DNA of 64,000 nt, taken from NCBI RefSeq assembly GCF_963921235.1, contig NC_086109.1, positions 35,652,001-35,716,000 on the forward strand. Reading direction: 5' to 3'. The number at the start of each line of letters is the position of its first letter. The stretch's first letter is position 1. Below, one piece after another: positions 49,835 to 63,107 of the stretch. This DNA is from Mobula hypostoma. Taxonomy: Eukaryota. Made by a program: the position numbers and the translations under genes. The notes beneath the pieces were generated by a model. That model was not told the DNA's origin and searched no databases. It saw nothing but the letters and a program-made list of their open reading frames with translations.

Positions 49835-51098
49835 CATCATCATAGCTTGTCACACCAGACAGCCAGCCATTCTAGTATTGTTTGGTTGATGTTGAGCAGG
49901 TCAGTGTCAGCTAAATCAGGTGAGAGTGGGCAGTTGCACAGAAAGTGTTCAATGTTCTTGTCATTGTCACGATTGTTAATTACCTATCTTGCTCCTAATT
50001 TCCTTTGATTCTGCCACGGTTCCAACCATTAATTTCGCAATTGCTTCTAAGTCACTTTGATGACGACACACCAGGTTTCCATCAAGACCTGCAGTATAAG
50101 AACCCCGACATCACAACCACTAGTCGCCAGTTTGTTGGCCTTTTTCTTGTGAGATAACTATGTTTCCCAACCACTTAGAACCGTTTGTTCTAAGTTTAAC
50201 TCCAGATTCAGGGTTTACCTATGAGACTCCGTCTCTCTGAGTCAAGGCTCCGTGTCAAGTCTCTGAGTCAATGCTCCATGTGAAGGGTCTATATCAGGGC
50301 TCCGTGTCAAGATCCCTCCAGTTTGCTGTTCGGCGTTTACACCCGTGTAAGCATTCAAACTCAATCTCCGTGCCTGTGTCCTGCAATTGGGTTCTCTTCC
50401 TTCACTCATTGCAACAGTTCTGCACCCTTTCGCCACACTCACAGGATTCGCTGGTCTTTAAACCCCACTTCACCATATTATCTCCCGTCCTGCAAATTCC
50501 CGCTCTCGCTCTGTTGAGAGTGCACCACTTCCATCTGTCAAGCAGTGCCCCGTCTGGCAACATTTCTGTGGGGTCTTGCACTATATTGTTTGGTAGGGTT
50601 CTGGCTTCTGTTTGTTGCCAGAGGTCAATCCTGTATGTCTGGGGGGATGTTCTGTGTGGTAATTCCTCCACTGTAGCAAAGCTTTTCCTAAATTTTAGGT
50701 AGTTGGAAACTGGCACATGATGATGTAGTAGGTGCCGTGGATCCGGGTTCTGTTTACCTTTTTCAATTTTTGTTGTAGTGTCTTCGGATCTCTGGGGGAG
50801 CAATGCCTACAAGTCTGTAAATGATGTTAGTGGGTGTGGGGCGCAGTGTGCCCGTGATTATTCGGCAGGCTTAGTTAAGCAACGGGTCTATTTTCTTCGC
50901 ATGGGCTGATCTGCCCTACACAGGTGCACGGTATTCTGCAGGTGCATAGCAGAGTGCTAAGGCAGTTGATCTAAGTGTGTGAGCATTAGCTCCCCATTTC
51001 GTGCATGCTAATTTTTTCAAGAGAGAATTGTGAGATCCAACTTTCCCTCGGAGTTTTAGGATGTGGGTGGCAAATGAGAGCGTCCTATCCTAGCATCC
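49835..51098 (-). mobile_element. Ingi/Vingi-like LINE 3' fragment with a nested LTR-like piece (49848-50416)
   Basis: LCYAPAEYRAPV.GRSAH...ACRIITGTLRPTP; WCTLNRARAG...KWGLKTSESCECGE; (TGA)n tail; TSD TATTCTGGAAC[A/G]CT at 49821 and 51099. Confidence 0.7.
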
Positions 51099-53662
51099 TA
51101 TTCTGGAACGCTAATCCACGGGAATAGGCTTCTCAATACAACAGTGTGCGAGGCTGTAGTGGATATATTGTGAACACTTCTGGCCGCTATGTAGCTGCAT
51201 TCACTATTACCAAGAAATATGTGCCCATGAATGGTCTAGCAAAATCTACATGAAATCTCTGCCAGAGCAATGCATGCCATTCTCAGGAATGGAGAAGCAC
51301 TGCTCTTGTCATCTTCTGGGTGTGTTTGCATGCTGAACAGAGCATGGCAACAGGTTGATCTACTGATCTATCACAGGCCACCAGAAAAAAACTTCGAGCC
51401 AATGCTTACATTTTGACCATGCCTAAATGACCGGCATGTAGGTCCTCCAACAATTTTTGCTGTCAACATAGATGGTCTCAATTTCCACATAACACAACCT
51501 CCATCAAGTTCATCCTGCTGCTGGTAAAAATTGGGAAACTGTGATCTTTGCTTTATATTCTAGCCACTTAGGGTGACCATGTAGACCTGAGAAAGTATGG
51601 GGTCTTCTCTCGTTTCTCTGCCATATTCCGGGAACTTTCGATTTATATTGGGAAGAATTACTCAAAAGGAGTGTCCTCATTTGTAAATTATTCACGTAAT
51701 GCCTTTTCCACGGGTAAATGGGATAATCCATTAGTATTTCCCATAGTTAGTTATCCTTTTGAGTTCAATCTTGTAATTGTGTCCTCTGAGAAACAGAGCC
51801 CATCTCTGCATTCATACTACTGCTGTTTGTGGAACAATCTTCTGTGGATTGAATATGGATACCAGTGGTTGATGAACAGTAATAAGGCTAAACTCTCTCC
51901 CATACAAGTACTGGTTGGAATTTTTGCACCTCAAACCAGACTCAAGGCCTCTCTGTCAATCTGTGGGTAATTTTTCTTTGCAGCAGTAGGGGATCATGAT
52001 GCATAGGATATGAAGCGTTCACTTCCATCACTCATAACATGTGACATATCTACACCTATACTATCACAGGTAAACTTCACTGGATGATGTGGATCATAAT
52101 GTGTAAGTACAATGTCTGATGTCACCATTTCCTTTGTCTTTTTGAATGCCGCCTCGCACTGCTTTGCCTGTAGTAGTGATTTCAAAGGATAGAGCACAGT
52201 AACCAGGTCTGACAGGAACCTATTATGGTGATTGTCAAATCCTAAAAGGAATCACAGCTCTGACACATCCTTTGGCCTTGGGGCATCCACCACTGCTAGA
52301 ATTTTCTCAGCACACTTGTGTAATCTTGTGCATCAATGGTGTCATCACAGTAAGTGATACTTGGTTTAAAGAATTTACGTTTGTTGCATCATGTTGTGAG
52401 CCCATAATCTTCTAACCCATTTGACATTGTCTTGAGATTTTGGAAATGTTCCTTGCCTTCCGTACTAGTAGCAATGATGTCATCAAGGTACACTGAGTAT
52501 CTGAGCCGTCTTGCAGCACCTGGTCCATGGCTTTCTGTCAGAGTGCAGGTGCAGATGCTACTCTAATAATATGCCTATTATAGTGATAAAGCCCTTTGTG
52601 AGTGTTTATGGTGAGAACCTCAATGGACTCTTCTTCCTCTTCCATCTGTAGGTAGGCCTCAGCCAAGTCGACTTTGCTGAAGAGTTTCCCTTCAGACTTC
52701 TTAGCTACAGGGACTATGGTGTTGCCCAAAAGCTCCACTCAAACTTGAAATGGATTCCTTCAGCCTCCATGCGATCTAGCTTACTGATTACTTTATCATG
52801 GATTGTATAAGGAAGTGAATGGGCTTTATAAAACTTGGGTGTGGCATTTTCATTAAACACTAATTTACCCTTGATACGTTTGAGTTTTCCAGTGCCACCT
52901 TTAAATACTGCTGTGGCGTCATCCAGTAACTTTCTTAATTTGTATTCTGTTGACTCTGTTTCAGGGGATGTGGGATGCAAATGGTGGATGGATCTCCAGT
53001 CAAGCTGTAGTTGTCTCAGCCAATGACAGTACCACAATGCTAGCCTTCCTGCTTTTAACCACATACAAGCTTGATGTAACTTGTTGGTCGTTGTATTTCA
53101 GCTGTATAAATGTCATTCCCACAGGAGTTATCTATTCTCCAGTATAAGTTCTTAGTTGTCTATCTGCAGGCTTCAGTTCTGTATCTTTAAAAGGCTGTTG
53201 AGACTCATTTTGTGGAATAACTGAAACAGATGAGCCAGTGTCTGATTCTATTTTAATTAATTTGCTGTACGGTTCTGGTGTAAGCCATATTGCTTGTCTA
53301 TTGTTAGTTTTCAGTTTGTAAATCTCAAGTGTACCCTGCGTTGCGTCATTCTCATCATTATCAGATTTGTCATCAACAGCGTGAAGATTAGTGCTCTTTT
53401 TGAAACTGCAACTTGATTTATTATCTTTTTCTCTTCTCTGTACAGTCCATTTATTTTCATCTGCCTGACACGCTCATTGTATGTGTCCTACTTTGTTGTA
53501 TTTTCTGCAAGTTTTGCCTTTAAACCTGCGTTGATCTTGTGTATGTGAGCTCCTGCTACAATTTGTAACACAATTTGTTTGGCCAGGCTGGTATCAGTTC
53601 AGAAGTTGCAAATTTGTTCATGCTCTTTTCCTTCCTGACTACAACACAATTGTGTCTCTGTC

Positions 53663-53880
53663 AGGAGAAATATCAAATACACAGGTGGCTGTGAAGGCCA
53701 AGTCATTGAATATATTTAAGGCAGGGGTTAATGGGTTCTTGATTAATCATGGTATAAAGGAATACAGGGAGATGGTAGGAAATTGGGGATGAGAAGGAAA
53801 TGGATCTGCCATAATGAAATGACGGAGAAGCCTCGATAGGACAAATGGCTTAATTCTGCCTATATATCTTATGTATCTTC
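53663..53880 (+). mobile_element. Short CR1 3' end nested in the Gypsy gag
   Basis: Similar to the 44410-44610 CR1 3' UTR. Confidence 0.75.
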
Positions 53881-54449
53881 TGATTCCATTGATACAGCAA
53901 TTTCAGCTGCTCTTTTAAATGTAAGTTAGGAGCCTTTTCTGAATGCTTTCTTGTAAGATTACACAAACTAAACCATCTCTCAACGCATGATTAAGCCCAT
54001 TACTGAACTGACATTACTCAGACAACCTCATCAATTCAGCCAAGTTTGCTGAAATGGACTCCCCTTCCTTTTGATTTCGCTCGAAATTGAAATTGTTCTG
54101 CAATCAACAATGGTTTCAGTTTTAAATATTCCTACATTACTTTCACAACATCAGCAAAGCTTATTTCAGCTGGTTTGGTTGGAGCATTCTAACTTCTAAG
54201 CATACCATTGGCTATTCCTCATTGGATATTGCATTCGCTTTAAAAAACTATTCAATTCGCTCAGTATACAAAATCCAGTTATCTGTCGTAATTGAACATG
54301 TCAGTCTTACCGATGTTGCTTGCCATTTCTGCTTTTTTATTTCTGATTATTATCACCCAGAACTCACTGCTTTTGAACCCAAAAATTCATCTGTTTTTAT
54401 TTTTTTTAACTCAACCGTGTTATCTCTTTCCCTTCCGAAGAGACATGTG

Positions 54450-55280
54450 AATTCAATTCAAGTTTATTTGTCATTCAACCATACATGAACACTCATTAAT
54501 ATAGCTAAATAAGACAGTGTTACTATGGAGTCAAGGTGCTAAAACAGATCACCAAGAATCACACACAAGAACACATTCATTGAATAAAAGAATATTGATG
54601 CCCCACCCCACAACACTGCAGGCTTGATACTCAGTCCTTACACTTAGAAGTCAACAAACCCATATAAAATATCAGTATATTACAATGATGCAGAATATGC
54701 ATAAATATAAACCGGACCTCCCAGCCCACCAAGATCATCTCTCGACCGGCCCCAACACCCACTCCGATGCCCGCTAGGCAATAATGTGGATTAGAGTCCC
54801 ATTCCTCACCTACTACAGGCATATATAGAATATTAGTAAAAACACAACCAGACAAATATACATGTCCAGACCCCGCAGTCGAATTGAAGTCTTCTGTCTA
54901 CCACAACTGCGCTGCCCCTTGTAGAGCGTGACGGCTCAGACAGCTCTCCCTGGCGACCCTGCAGCTTGAGGCCTGATTCCACTGACTGCCACCAAAAAAT
55001 CCAGTCAACCACAAAAGAGCTTTCCTTCTAACGAGCGAAACACTGGGAGGGCAGCACCGACTCTGTTCTGGATACAGCAGCATACCACTCCCAGTAAAGT
55101 ACAACAGCTTCATCTCCTCACTCTGGCAGCAAACAGGCAATGCCATGGCTTCAGGCCTAATCATTGCTACGACCAAGGCCAGGGAGCTCCCCCTCCATCT
55201 ACCCCTGCTCTCATCCAGTATATCTGTGAATAGAACTTGAGAATGTTCTTAGCCTTTAAGTGTGGACGGAGGCCTGGAAT
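54450..55280 (-). mobile_element. Non-autonomous retroposon related to 31785
   Basis: Shared TCAAGTTTATTTGTC.TTCAACCATACA...CAAGGTGC 3' end. Confidence 0.55.
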
Positions 55281-55448
55281 GGTGATGTTCTTCACTACCT
55301 ATATCACTGGACTTCAAACGAGTAGTGGAGGCCTTGACTGCTTATGTCGTTCACTCATGTCTGTCATCCATGTGCAGCCCCAGGTAGTTGTAAGGTCCTC
55401 ACAGCATCCACATCCTCACCATCAATAGTGAATTGTGGATTTAAAATA

Positions 55449-56241
55449 CAGTGGATTCTGGTTAATTGGGACACATTGGGACCAACATATTTTGGCCCAA
55501 TTAAGTGGCTGCCTCAATTAGCAAAAATTCATGGAAATAGTTAAAAAAGGTATAAAAAAAGATAAATTGCCATTTAACTGAGTAACAATTTTGTGTTTAA
55601 ATAAAGTATAGGACAAATTAGAACACTACTAACAGCAATACTTTCAACAAAAGAATCATCCATTGTATGCTGCTGTGTTCATTTGATTGACTGTAAGTGA
55701 AGAAAATTTGTGCAGACACCTAGTGCAGATAATGGACTGCCTTCATACAATGCTTTTGAAAACTGCATCCTCCAAATCTTAATTTTTCTTGTACTATTCA
55801 AGATGGTTGTTGATACCTTCAAATTCTTCATAGGTCCTAACTTGTTGAAGTAGTGTAATCCTTTCGTTCTCACTCCCAGCCAATTCTGGAATCTCCAAGC
55901 CGGAATGCTTGAAACTGCATTGTGCAAAACAGTTCTAAGTTGTCTTACTGCTTACTTCTCACCAACTATTAGTGAGAAGAAACACTGCTTTTTAATCACC
56001 AACTCACACAACTGACACTATTTAAAAACGGTTTGATCTAAGCACGGTGTAGTGTCTAATGGCCAAACAATTGCACGCTACTGATGCTCAGTAGAAACTG
56101 TTCAGCAAATGTCTCCTATCCCAATTAGGCCGTATAGTGTCTTAAATAAACAAAAAGAATCCAGGTTATTTTCTTGGTTAGCTTTTGTTCTTTAAGAGTT
56201 GCCGCAAGTAAGTGGCTGCCCCAGATAACTGGAATCCACTG
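55449..56241. mobile_element. Tc1/mariner (Tigger/pogo-type) non-autonomous DNA transposon
   Basis: TIRs CAGTGGATTCTGGTTAATTGGG / CCCAGATAACTGGAATCCACTG with TA on both flanks. Confidence 0.85.
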
Positions 56242-56974
56242 TAAATGCAAAATTCATGATTAGCTTGAAGTAAAGCTGTGCTGGTTACTAATTAAGGAAT
56301 AAGGAAAGTGTAGAGCTAACAGACTGTCTCTCATTGTGAACCAATATCCCACAGTCTTAAGTTGCAGGGCATTTTGCCTAGCAGTCTCAGCTGAGCACTG
56401 AGGATGATCAAATTGAGACGTTAAAGATGGCTAGAGTATTCAACAGAGTAGAGAGAGAATTTATTTCATTTGATGACAGTATTTATGGCAAAAGAAAATG
56501 CATTAAAAATTAGAGCTAGGCTATTCAGTGGAGATATCAGAAGCTGAAGGGAAATAAGGAATTATGTCCTGAACTTGTAGAGGTTAGGTCCATTGCATAT
56601 TTCAAACTTGGCAGTATTTTTTTTTCTTAGTCACAGGTCTTATAGTTATAGAACCAAATAGATAGAATGAGCCTAAGTTTCAGTAGGTTGTGATCAAATT
56701 TATACTTGGAAATATTAATCTGCTATCTAGTATTTTACGAATTCTCTAGTCTCTTATTAGAATTGACAAGTCAACCACTAACGGCCATTTCAGGCTAAAG
56801 CTCCCAAGTTGCGACTAATCTATGCACACTCACTTGAAAATATATATCAACCAAGCTGGTAGAGTGTATGACCTGAAGGTTCTTGAAATAAACAAACTGA
56901 AAATTTTAGCAATGTTTTTAATTGAATGGGAATACTGGGAATAATTGGCCCACTCTCCTATGTTTTCCCATTTT

Positions 56975-58770
56975 ATAGCTATCACTCTGTCTTTCAATAC
57001 TTCTGCCTCTGCTGTGGGCTCCAGCCTGAACTACAACCACCATCACCTCCAGACGGAGACTTTCCTTACTGCTGCTGGGCCCCTGGGTTCCGTTTCCCCC
57101 ACCACCACCCTCCAACCGTGGGTTTTTCAGGCTGCACCTTCACTTAGGTCCTCGGAGCCGCCATCTTCCTCCCACCCCACCTTCCCTGAGTACCCCGACC
57201 CTCCACCATCCTCTGGTGCCACCAACTCTCTCCACCATTACCCTCCTCCATCTGGCAGAACTGGTCCTCACACTCAACAATTATTCCTTTGGCTTTTCCC
57301 ACTTTCTCCACACCCGAGGTGTAGCTATGGGCACCTGCATGGGCCCCAGATATGCGGGTCTTTTCGTTGGCTGTGTAGAACAGTCCATATTCCAAGCCTT
57401 CCCGGGAAATGGTCCCTAATTCTTCCTCCACTACATCGATGACCACATTGATGCTGCTTCATTCACCCTTGCTGAGCACATCAATTTCATCAACCTCGGT
57501 TCTATCTTCCACTCTGTCCTTAAATTGGCATGGTCCATTTCTGACACCTCCCTCCCCTTTCTCAATCCCTCTGTCTTTATCTCTGTAGGCAAACTGTTAA
57601 CCAACAGTTTAATAAACTTACCATTTCTCAAGGTTATCATAACTATTTCTCGTCCCACCCTGTCTCCTGTAAAAATGCTATTCCTTTTTCTCAGTTCCTT
57701 CATCTCTGGGACATCTGTTCCAGGATGTCACTTTCCTTTCCAGGATGTCAGAGATGTCCTGCTTCTTCAAAGAATGGTGTTTCCCTTCCTCCATCTTTGA
57801 TGCCGCTTTCACCTGCATCTCCTTGATTTCCCAGACATCCACGCTCACCCCTTTTTTCCTCTGCCTTAATAGTGATGGTGTTCCTTTGATCCTTACCTAC
57901 CACTCCATGAGCCTTTGCCTCTGACACATCACTCTCCGCAACTCCTGACATCTCCAAAGCGACCATACCACCAAACATGTCTTTACTCCCCCACCTCTGC
58001 TTTCTACAGGGTTCACTCCCTCCATGATTCCATTTTGCATAGCTCCCTCTAATCTCCCTCCCAGCAGTTACCCCTACAACAGCCAAAGTGCTACACCCCC
58101 CCATTCACCTTCACTGAGGGCCTTAAACAGTCCTTCCAGGTGAGGCAACTTGCAAGTTTGTCGTGAATTGGGCAACCTCTTCGTTGTGCACCTCAACTCC
58201 ATCCACCAAAAGCAGAATTTCCCGGTGGCCAAACTTATTAATTTCCATTCCCATTTCTATTCTGACATATTGGTGCATGGTCTCCACTTGTGCCACAATG
58301 AGGACACTCATAGGGTGGAGGAGCAAGACCTTATATTCCATCTGGCTAGCCTCCAACCTGATGGCATGAATATCGACTTCTCCTCCTGGTAAAAAAATAA
58401 TGTTTCCCTCCCCCTCGCCTCTTCTTTTGTTACACACTCTTGCTTCTTACCTATTCTCAGTTGCCTATCACCTTCTACTGGGTTTCCTCCTTCCCTTTCT
58501 CCTATGGTCCACTCTCCTCTCCTATCAGATTCCTTCCTCTGCAACCCTTTACCTTTTCTACCCATCTGACTTCATCTATCACTTTTAGCTATTCTCCTCC
58601 CCAGCTCATGCACACCTTTTTATTCTGGCATCTTCCTCTTCCTTTGCAGTCCCAAGAAAGGGTCTCAGCCCAAAACATCAACTGTTTATTCATTTTCATA
58701 GATGCTGTCTGACCTACTGAGTTCCTCCAGAATGTTCTGTGTGCTGCTTTGGAACTCCAGCATCTGCAGA
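56975..58770 (+). mobile_element. Penelope-like element (RT, GIY-YIG, pLTR), decayed
   Basis: LVLTLNNYSF...TRGVAMGTCMGPRYAGLFVG, HYIDD; EEQDLIFHLASLQPDGMNIDFS; terminal CCAGCATCTGCAGA. Confidence 0.9.
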
Positions 58771-59104
58771 CATTTCCGCATTATAAATCTACGTTTACTC
58801 ATTTTATGGATTAAACTTTTGATTCCTTTTTTTACTTTCATAAGGCCACAAAATTCTCTCTTGCTAATTCCTTTTGTGAGATAGTGTCAGTTGTCCAATC
58901 TCCTTTCTGACTGACATTCCCTCTCAGAATGCTTCCACTGGGGAATAATCGCATCACTATCTTTCTGTGTTGCTTTCACCACATACTATCTCATAGTTAA
59001 TTCGCTATACCTGTCATAGAAATAAGACAGCAGCTGTCAACAATTACCTTGAAATTGTGGCTCTGACTGAAATCTATTCCTTGCTACTTTACCCTTTCAC
59101 AGAA

Positions 59105-59600
59105 ACATAGAAGCTTGGTGCGATTATATTTGGAATATTATGTACAGTTTTGGTCACTGTGTTATGGGAAAACCATTACTAAACTGGAAAGAATGCAGAG
59201 AAGATTTACAAGGATGCTTCCAGGACTCAAGAGCCTACATTATAGAGAGTGGTTGGGCAGGATAACATATAGGAGACTAAGGGGGGACCTTATCGAGTGT
59301 ATAAAATTGTTAGTGATATAGACAGAATAAAAATCCATAATTTTTTTTTTCTCCCCGGGCTAGGGAAACTGAAAATTAGAGGGCAATGTTTAAGTTAAGA
59401 GGTGAAAGATTTAAAAAGGGATCTGGGGCACAACTTCTTCACGCACAAGGCTATAAATGGAACAAATGGCCAGAGGAAGAGGTTGAGTCAGGTTCAATAA
59501 TAATATTGAAAAGACATTTTGTCCATGGGTAGCAGAGTTTCAGTAGGAGATGTGTAAAGCATGGTTGAATGGGACCACCTTGATAGACAACATGGGTGCA
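59105..59600 (+). mobile_element. Old CR1 3' fragment
   Basis: VRLYLEYYVQFWS...RRFTRMLPGL. Confidence 0.8.
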
Positions 59601-59606
59601 TGGACA

Positions 59607-61005
59607 TTGAATTGAATTGAAATGAATTCACTTTATTACTTCCATCCTTCATATTCATAAGGAGTAAAAATCTTTACATTACATCTTCGTCTAAATGTGC
59701 AATGTGAAATTTATAATAACTTATAATAAATAGTATGTACAACAGGACAGTCAATGTAACATAGAAATAGAAATACAATTGTATCAGCATGAATTAATCA
59801 CTCTGATGGCCTGGTGGAAGAAGCTGTCCTGGAGTTTCCCGAATGGTAGCAACTGGAACAGTTTCTGGTTGGGGTGATTTGGGTCCCCAATGATCCTTTG
59901 GGCCCTTTTTACACACCTGTATTTGTAAATGTCCTGTATAGTGGGAAGTTCACATCTACAGATGTGCTGGGCTGTCCACACCACTCTCTGCAGGGTCCTG
60001 CGGTAGAGTGAAGTACAGTTTCCATACCAGGCAGTGATGCAGCCAGTCAGGATGCTATCAATTGTGTCCCTATAGAAAGTTCTTAGGATTTGGGGGCCCA
60101 TACTAAACTACTTCAACCGTCTGAGGAGAAAGAGGCGCTGTTGTGCATTTTTCACCACACAGCCAGTGTGTACAGACCACGTGAGATCCTTGGTGATGTG
60201 TATGCCGAGGAACTTAAAGCTGTTCACCCTCTCAACTCCAGATCCATTGATGTCAATAAGAGTTAGCCTGTCTCTAGTCCCCTTGTAGTCCACAACCAGC
60301 TCCTTGATGTTTGCAACATTGAGGGAGAGGTTGTTTTGGACACCACTGTGTCAGCGTGATGACTTCTTCTCTGTAGGCTGCCTCATTATTATTTGAGATA
60401 AGGTCAATCAATGTTGTATTGTCAGCATATTTAATTAGCGGATTGGAGCTGTGGGTGGCAACGCAGTCATAGGTATACAGAGAGTAAAGGGGCACCTGGG
60501 TTGAGGGTCATAGGGGCAGAGGTGAAGGAGCCCACTCTTACCACCTGCCGGTGATCTGACAGGAAGTCCAGAATCCAGCTACACAAGGCAGGTGAAGGCG
60601 GAGGTCTCTGAGCTTCTCGTCGAGCCTGGAGGGAATTATGGTATTGAATGCTGAATTGTAGTCCAAGAACAGCATTCTCACATAAGCAACCTTCTTCCCC
60701 AGATGTGAAAGGATAGTGTGTAGAGCTGTGGCTATTGTGTCTTCTCTCGAACAGTTGTGTCAGTAGGCAAATTGTAGGGGGTCCAGTGTGGGTGGCAGCA
60801 CGCTGCAGACGTAGTCCTTGACCAGCCTCTCAAAGCATTTGCTTATTATTGTGGTGAGTGCGACACGACGCCAGTCGTTCAGACATGTTACCTTGGTCTT
60901 TTTAGGTACAGAAACAATGGTGGATGTTTTGAAGCAGGAGGGCACTCTACACTGGGAGAGGGAGAGATTAAAAGTGTCTGTAAACACACCTGCCGGTTGT
61001 GCCAT
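59607..61005 (-). mobile_element. Rex1/Babar LINE (RT to 3' end)
   Basis: FKTSTIVSVPKK...LNDWRRVALT...DPLQFAY, KYADNTTL, LTGCITAWYGNC; AATTC-repeat tail; same family as 15460. Confidence 0.9.
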
Positions 61006-61129
61006 GTTGGACCTGTTTATATGCTGTATTACTTTGTCACTGTAAACTGCAAAATTAGGAGCAGGAGGAAGCTTTTCAGCCCTGCAGACCCGCTCCACCA
61101 AGCATAACAAGCATAGCTGTTTATCCATT

Positions 61130-61960
61130 CCAATATCTTATTTCTCCCTATAGTTAATAACTCAAACTCAGAGGCCCTTTTGAACCGAGACTTCCACAGG
61201 CTCAGCACCTTCTCTGGAAGGAAAATTCTTCTGATCTCGTTTCTAAATGGCCCACCCCATTCCTCTGCTATTGTAGGATCCTGCTGACACTAGTTGAGTC
61301 ATCCTCCTCACTGGTCACATTCTTTCCCTGGTTTTGCCTCATCTGCAAGCTTTCGCTCAGATCACTTGTGAGTATTGTAAAAAGCTTGGCCCAGTCATTG
61401 ATTTCTATAGCACCATGTGCTTTAATATTACACACTAACCTTCTGTATGGGGTAAAATTAAAATCTTCTTGGAAATCCACTTGTTATCTCCTTAATATTC
61501 TACTTCTTGTATCCTCAAATCAAAATCTCCAGGAGGTTTACCAAGCATGACATTCCTTCAAAACCTACACAATCCCTTTGATGCTTTCCTGATTTTCTGA
61601 TGTCACATCTTTAATAAAGAAGGACACATATAACTTCCCATACATGTCAAGGCACTAAAGATTTAGAGAGAAAAATGAACTGAATAAAATTAACGTATGT
61701 AAAGAAATATGCACCCACTAGTTAAGGACCACTTCCTTTAGAAAAGTCATAGGGTCATAGGGTAATACAACAGAGAAAGAGGCTTTTGCCCTAACTCATT
61801 CATTCCAACCAAGGTGCCTAACTGAGTAAGTCCCATTTGTGTGAATCTGATTCATGTCCTTTCCTATCCATGTGATCACCCAAATGCCTTGTTCCAATCC
61901 TCTACCATTTAGTCTGACACCTCATTCCATGGACACACCTCCTGTGTGAAAGTCCTTTCA
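61130..61960 (-). mobile_element. Old CR1 fragments
   Basis: MDFQEDFNFTPYRRLVCNIKAHG (decayed DFQKAFDKVPH); CR1 3' UTR ~61745-61950. Confidence 0.6.
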
Positions 61961-63107
61961 CTATGTTAAAGATGCTATAAAGATGCCGCAGTTTGAACAT
62001 TTGCAAGGAAACAGGAAGGCAACAGCAGGCCTCTCATACATGCAGCTGGGCTACCAGCCTGCTGAATTCTTTCCTTCCACTCATTGTAGATACCAGGACA
62101 GAAAGTTCTGATTTTCCTCCAAATTTTCTGGCTGGCTTAAGAGGAAAATAAATAACATTTCCACTTACTTTTTCTTTATCTGTGGCCTGTCCCATAGGCC
62201 TCTCCAGATTATTCAGCAGGCAAATGTCCAAGGTAGACCATATGCCACGGTTGCTCACTGGAGCAGAGTAGCATGAAGTGAAAGGCAGGGAGTGTTCCTT
62301 CTACTTTGATCTCACACTTTACAGAAAAGCATGAAAATCCCAGCACAATGTGAAAGAGGCAGATGCGTAGCAACCCATGAAATTGGTGTGTAGGCCATGA
62401 AGACTGACCTTGATGACTTTTGCAATTGCAGTTTGAGTAAAAGTGATGAGTTTTCACTTTATAAAGAAATTTTCTTTCCAGCTAGACATCTCTAAAACCT
62501 GGTCGATTTAAGAGTGGGTCATAATATTCTCTCCCCTGAATATTGCTTTTGCTCAAAATGTATTGGACTTTAAACAAAATCCCCAGCTCATCAGTAATGG
62601 TACTGTATATTGACTTCAGTATGGTAATGTATTCAAATGGGACACAGAGGATAAAGCTGATTAGTGGAAAGTCAAGTGCAGTGCCTCAGGGGTGTACAGA
62701 ATCATTATGTCATTATAGCTAAGTAACGTGTTCATCAATACTAAGAACAAGCACTGAAACCTTTCAGCTTTATTCCATTAACAGAGCCTAGATGCTAACA
62801 GGTTTTATGGATTTTTGGTCCAAGGATCATTAAGACTTTCTTTATGTTCAAAGGAAACCATTAAGTCACTTCAGGATTCTTTCCAAAATAGCTTTCTTCA
62901 ATTGCTTAAGTATTTGTTTGTGGAAGTCATGGCATATTATTAAATGAATAAGAAGAGAACGAGAACTTACATGAGTATGATACGTTTTAAATGGCAGCAA
63001 TGCTAAATTGTTTTAAGGAGAATGCAGAAATTACGCAGTATTGCACATAAAATGCGGTATTGTAATGGATCAGGTAAAACACAAAAAGTGCTAGAAGATT
63101 TTCCAAA

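Larger units (their letters stand above)
45238..54450 (-). mobile_element. Decayed Gypsy (Mag-like) LTR retrotransposon with several nested insertions
   Basis: Gag ~53300-54325; RT FSKVDLAEAYLQM...INTHKGLY and YLDDII (~52475); RH LTHYDP...SDGSERFISYAS; IN FLKMNGIKYITSVAYHPA; C-terminus RCYPTRVRK; LTR-like 45238-45368; 5' LTR not found. Confidence 0.8.

Noticed and set aside
55405..55430. Degenerate PBS for the Mag-like Gypsy
   Set aside because: Weak match and no adjacent 5' LTR found
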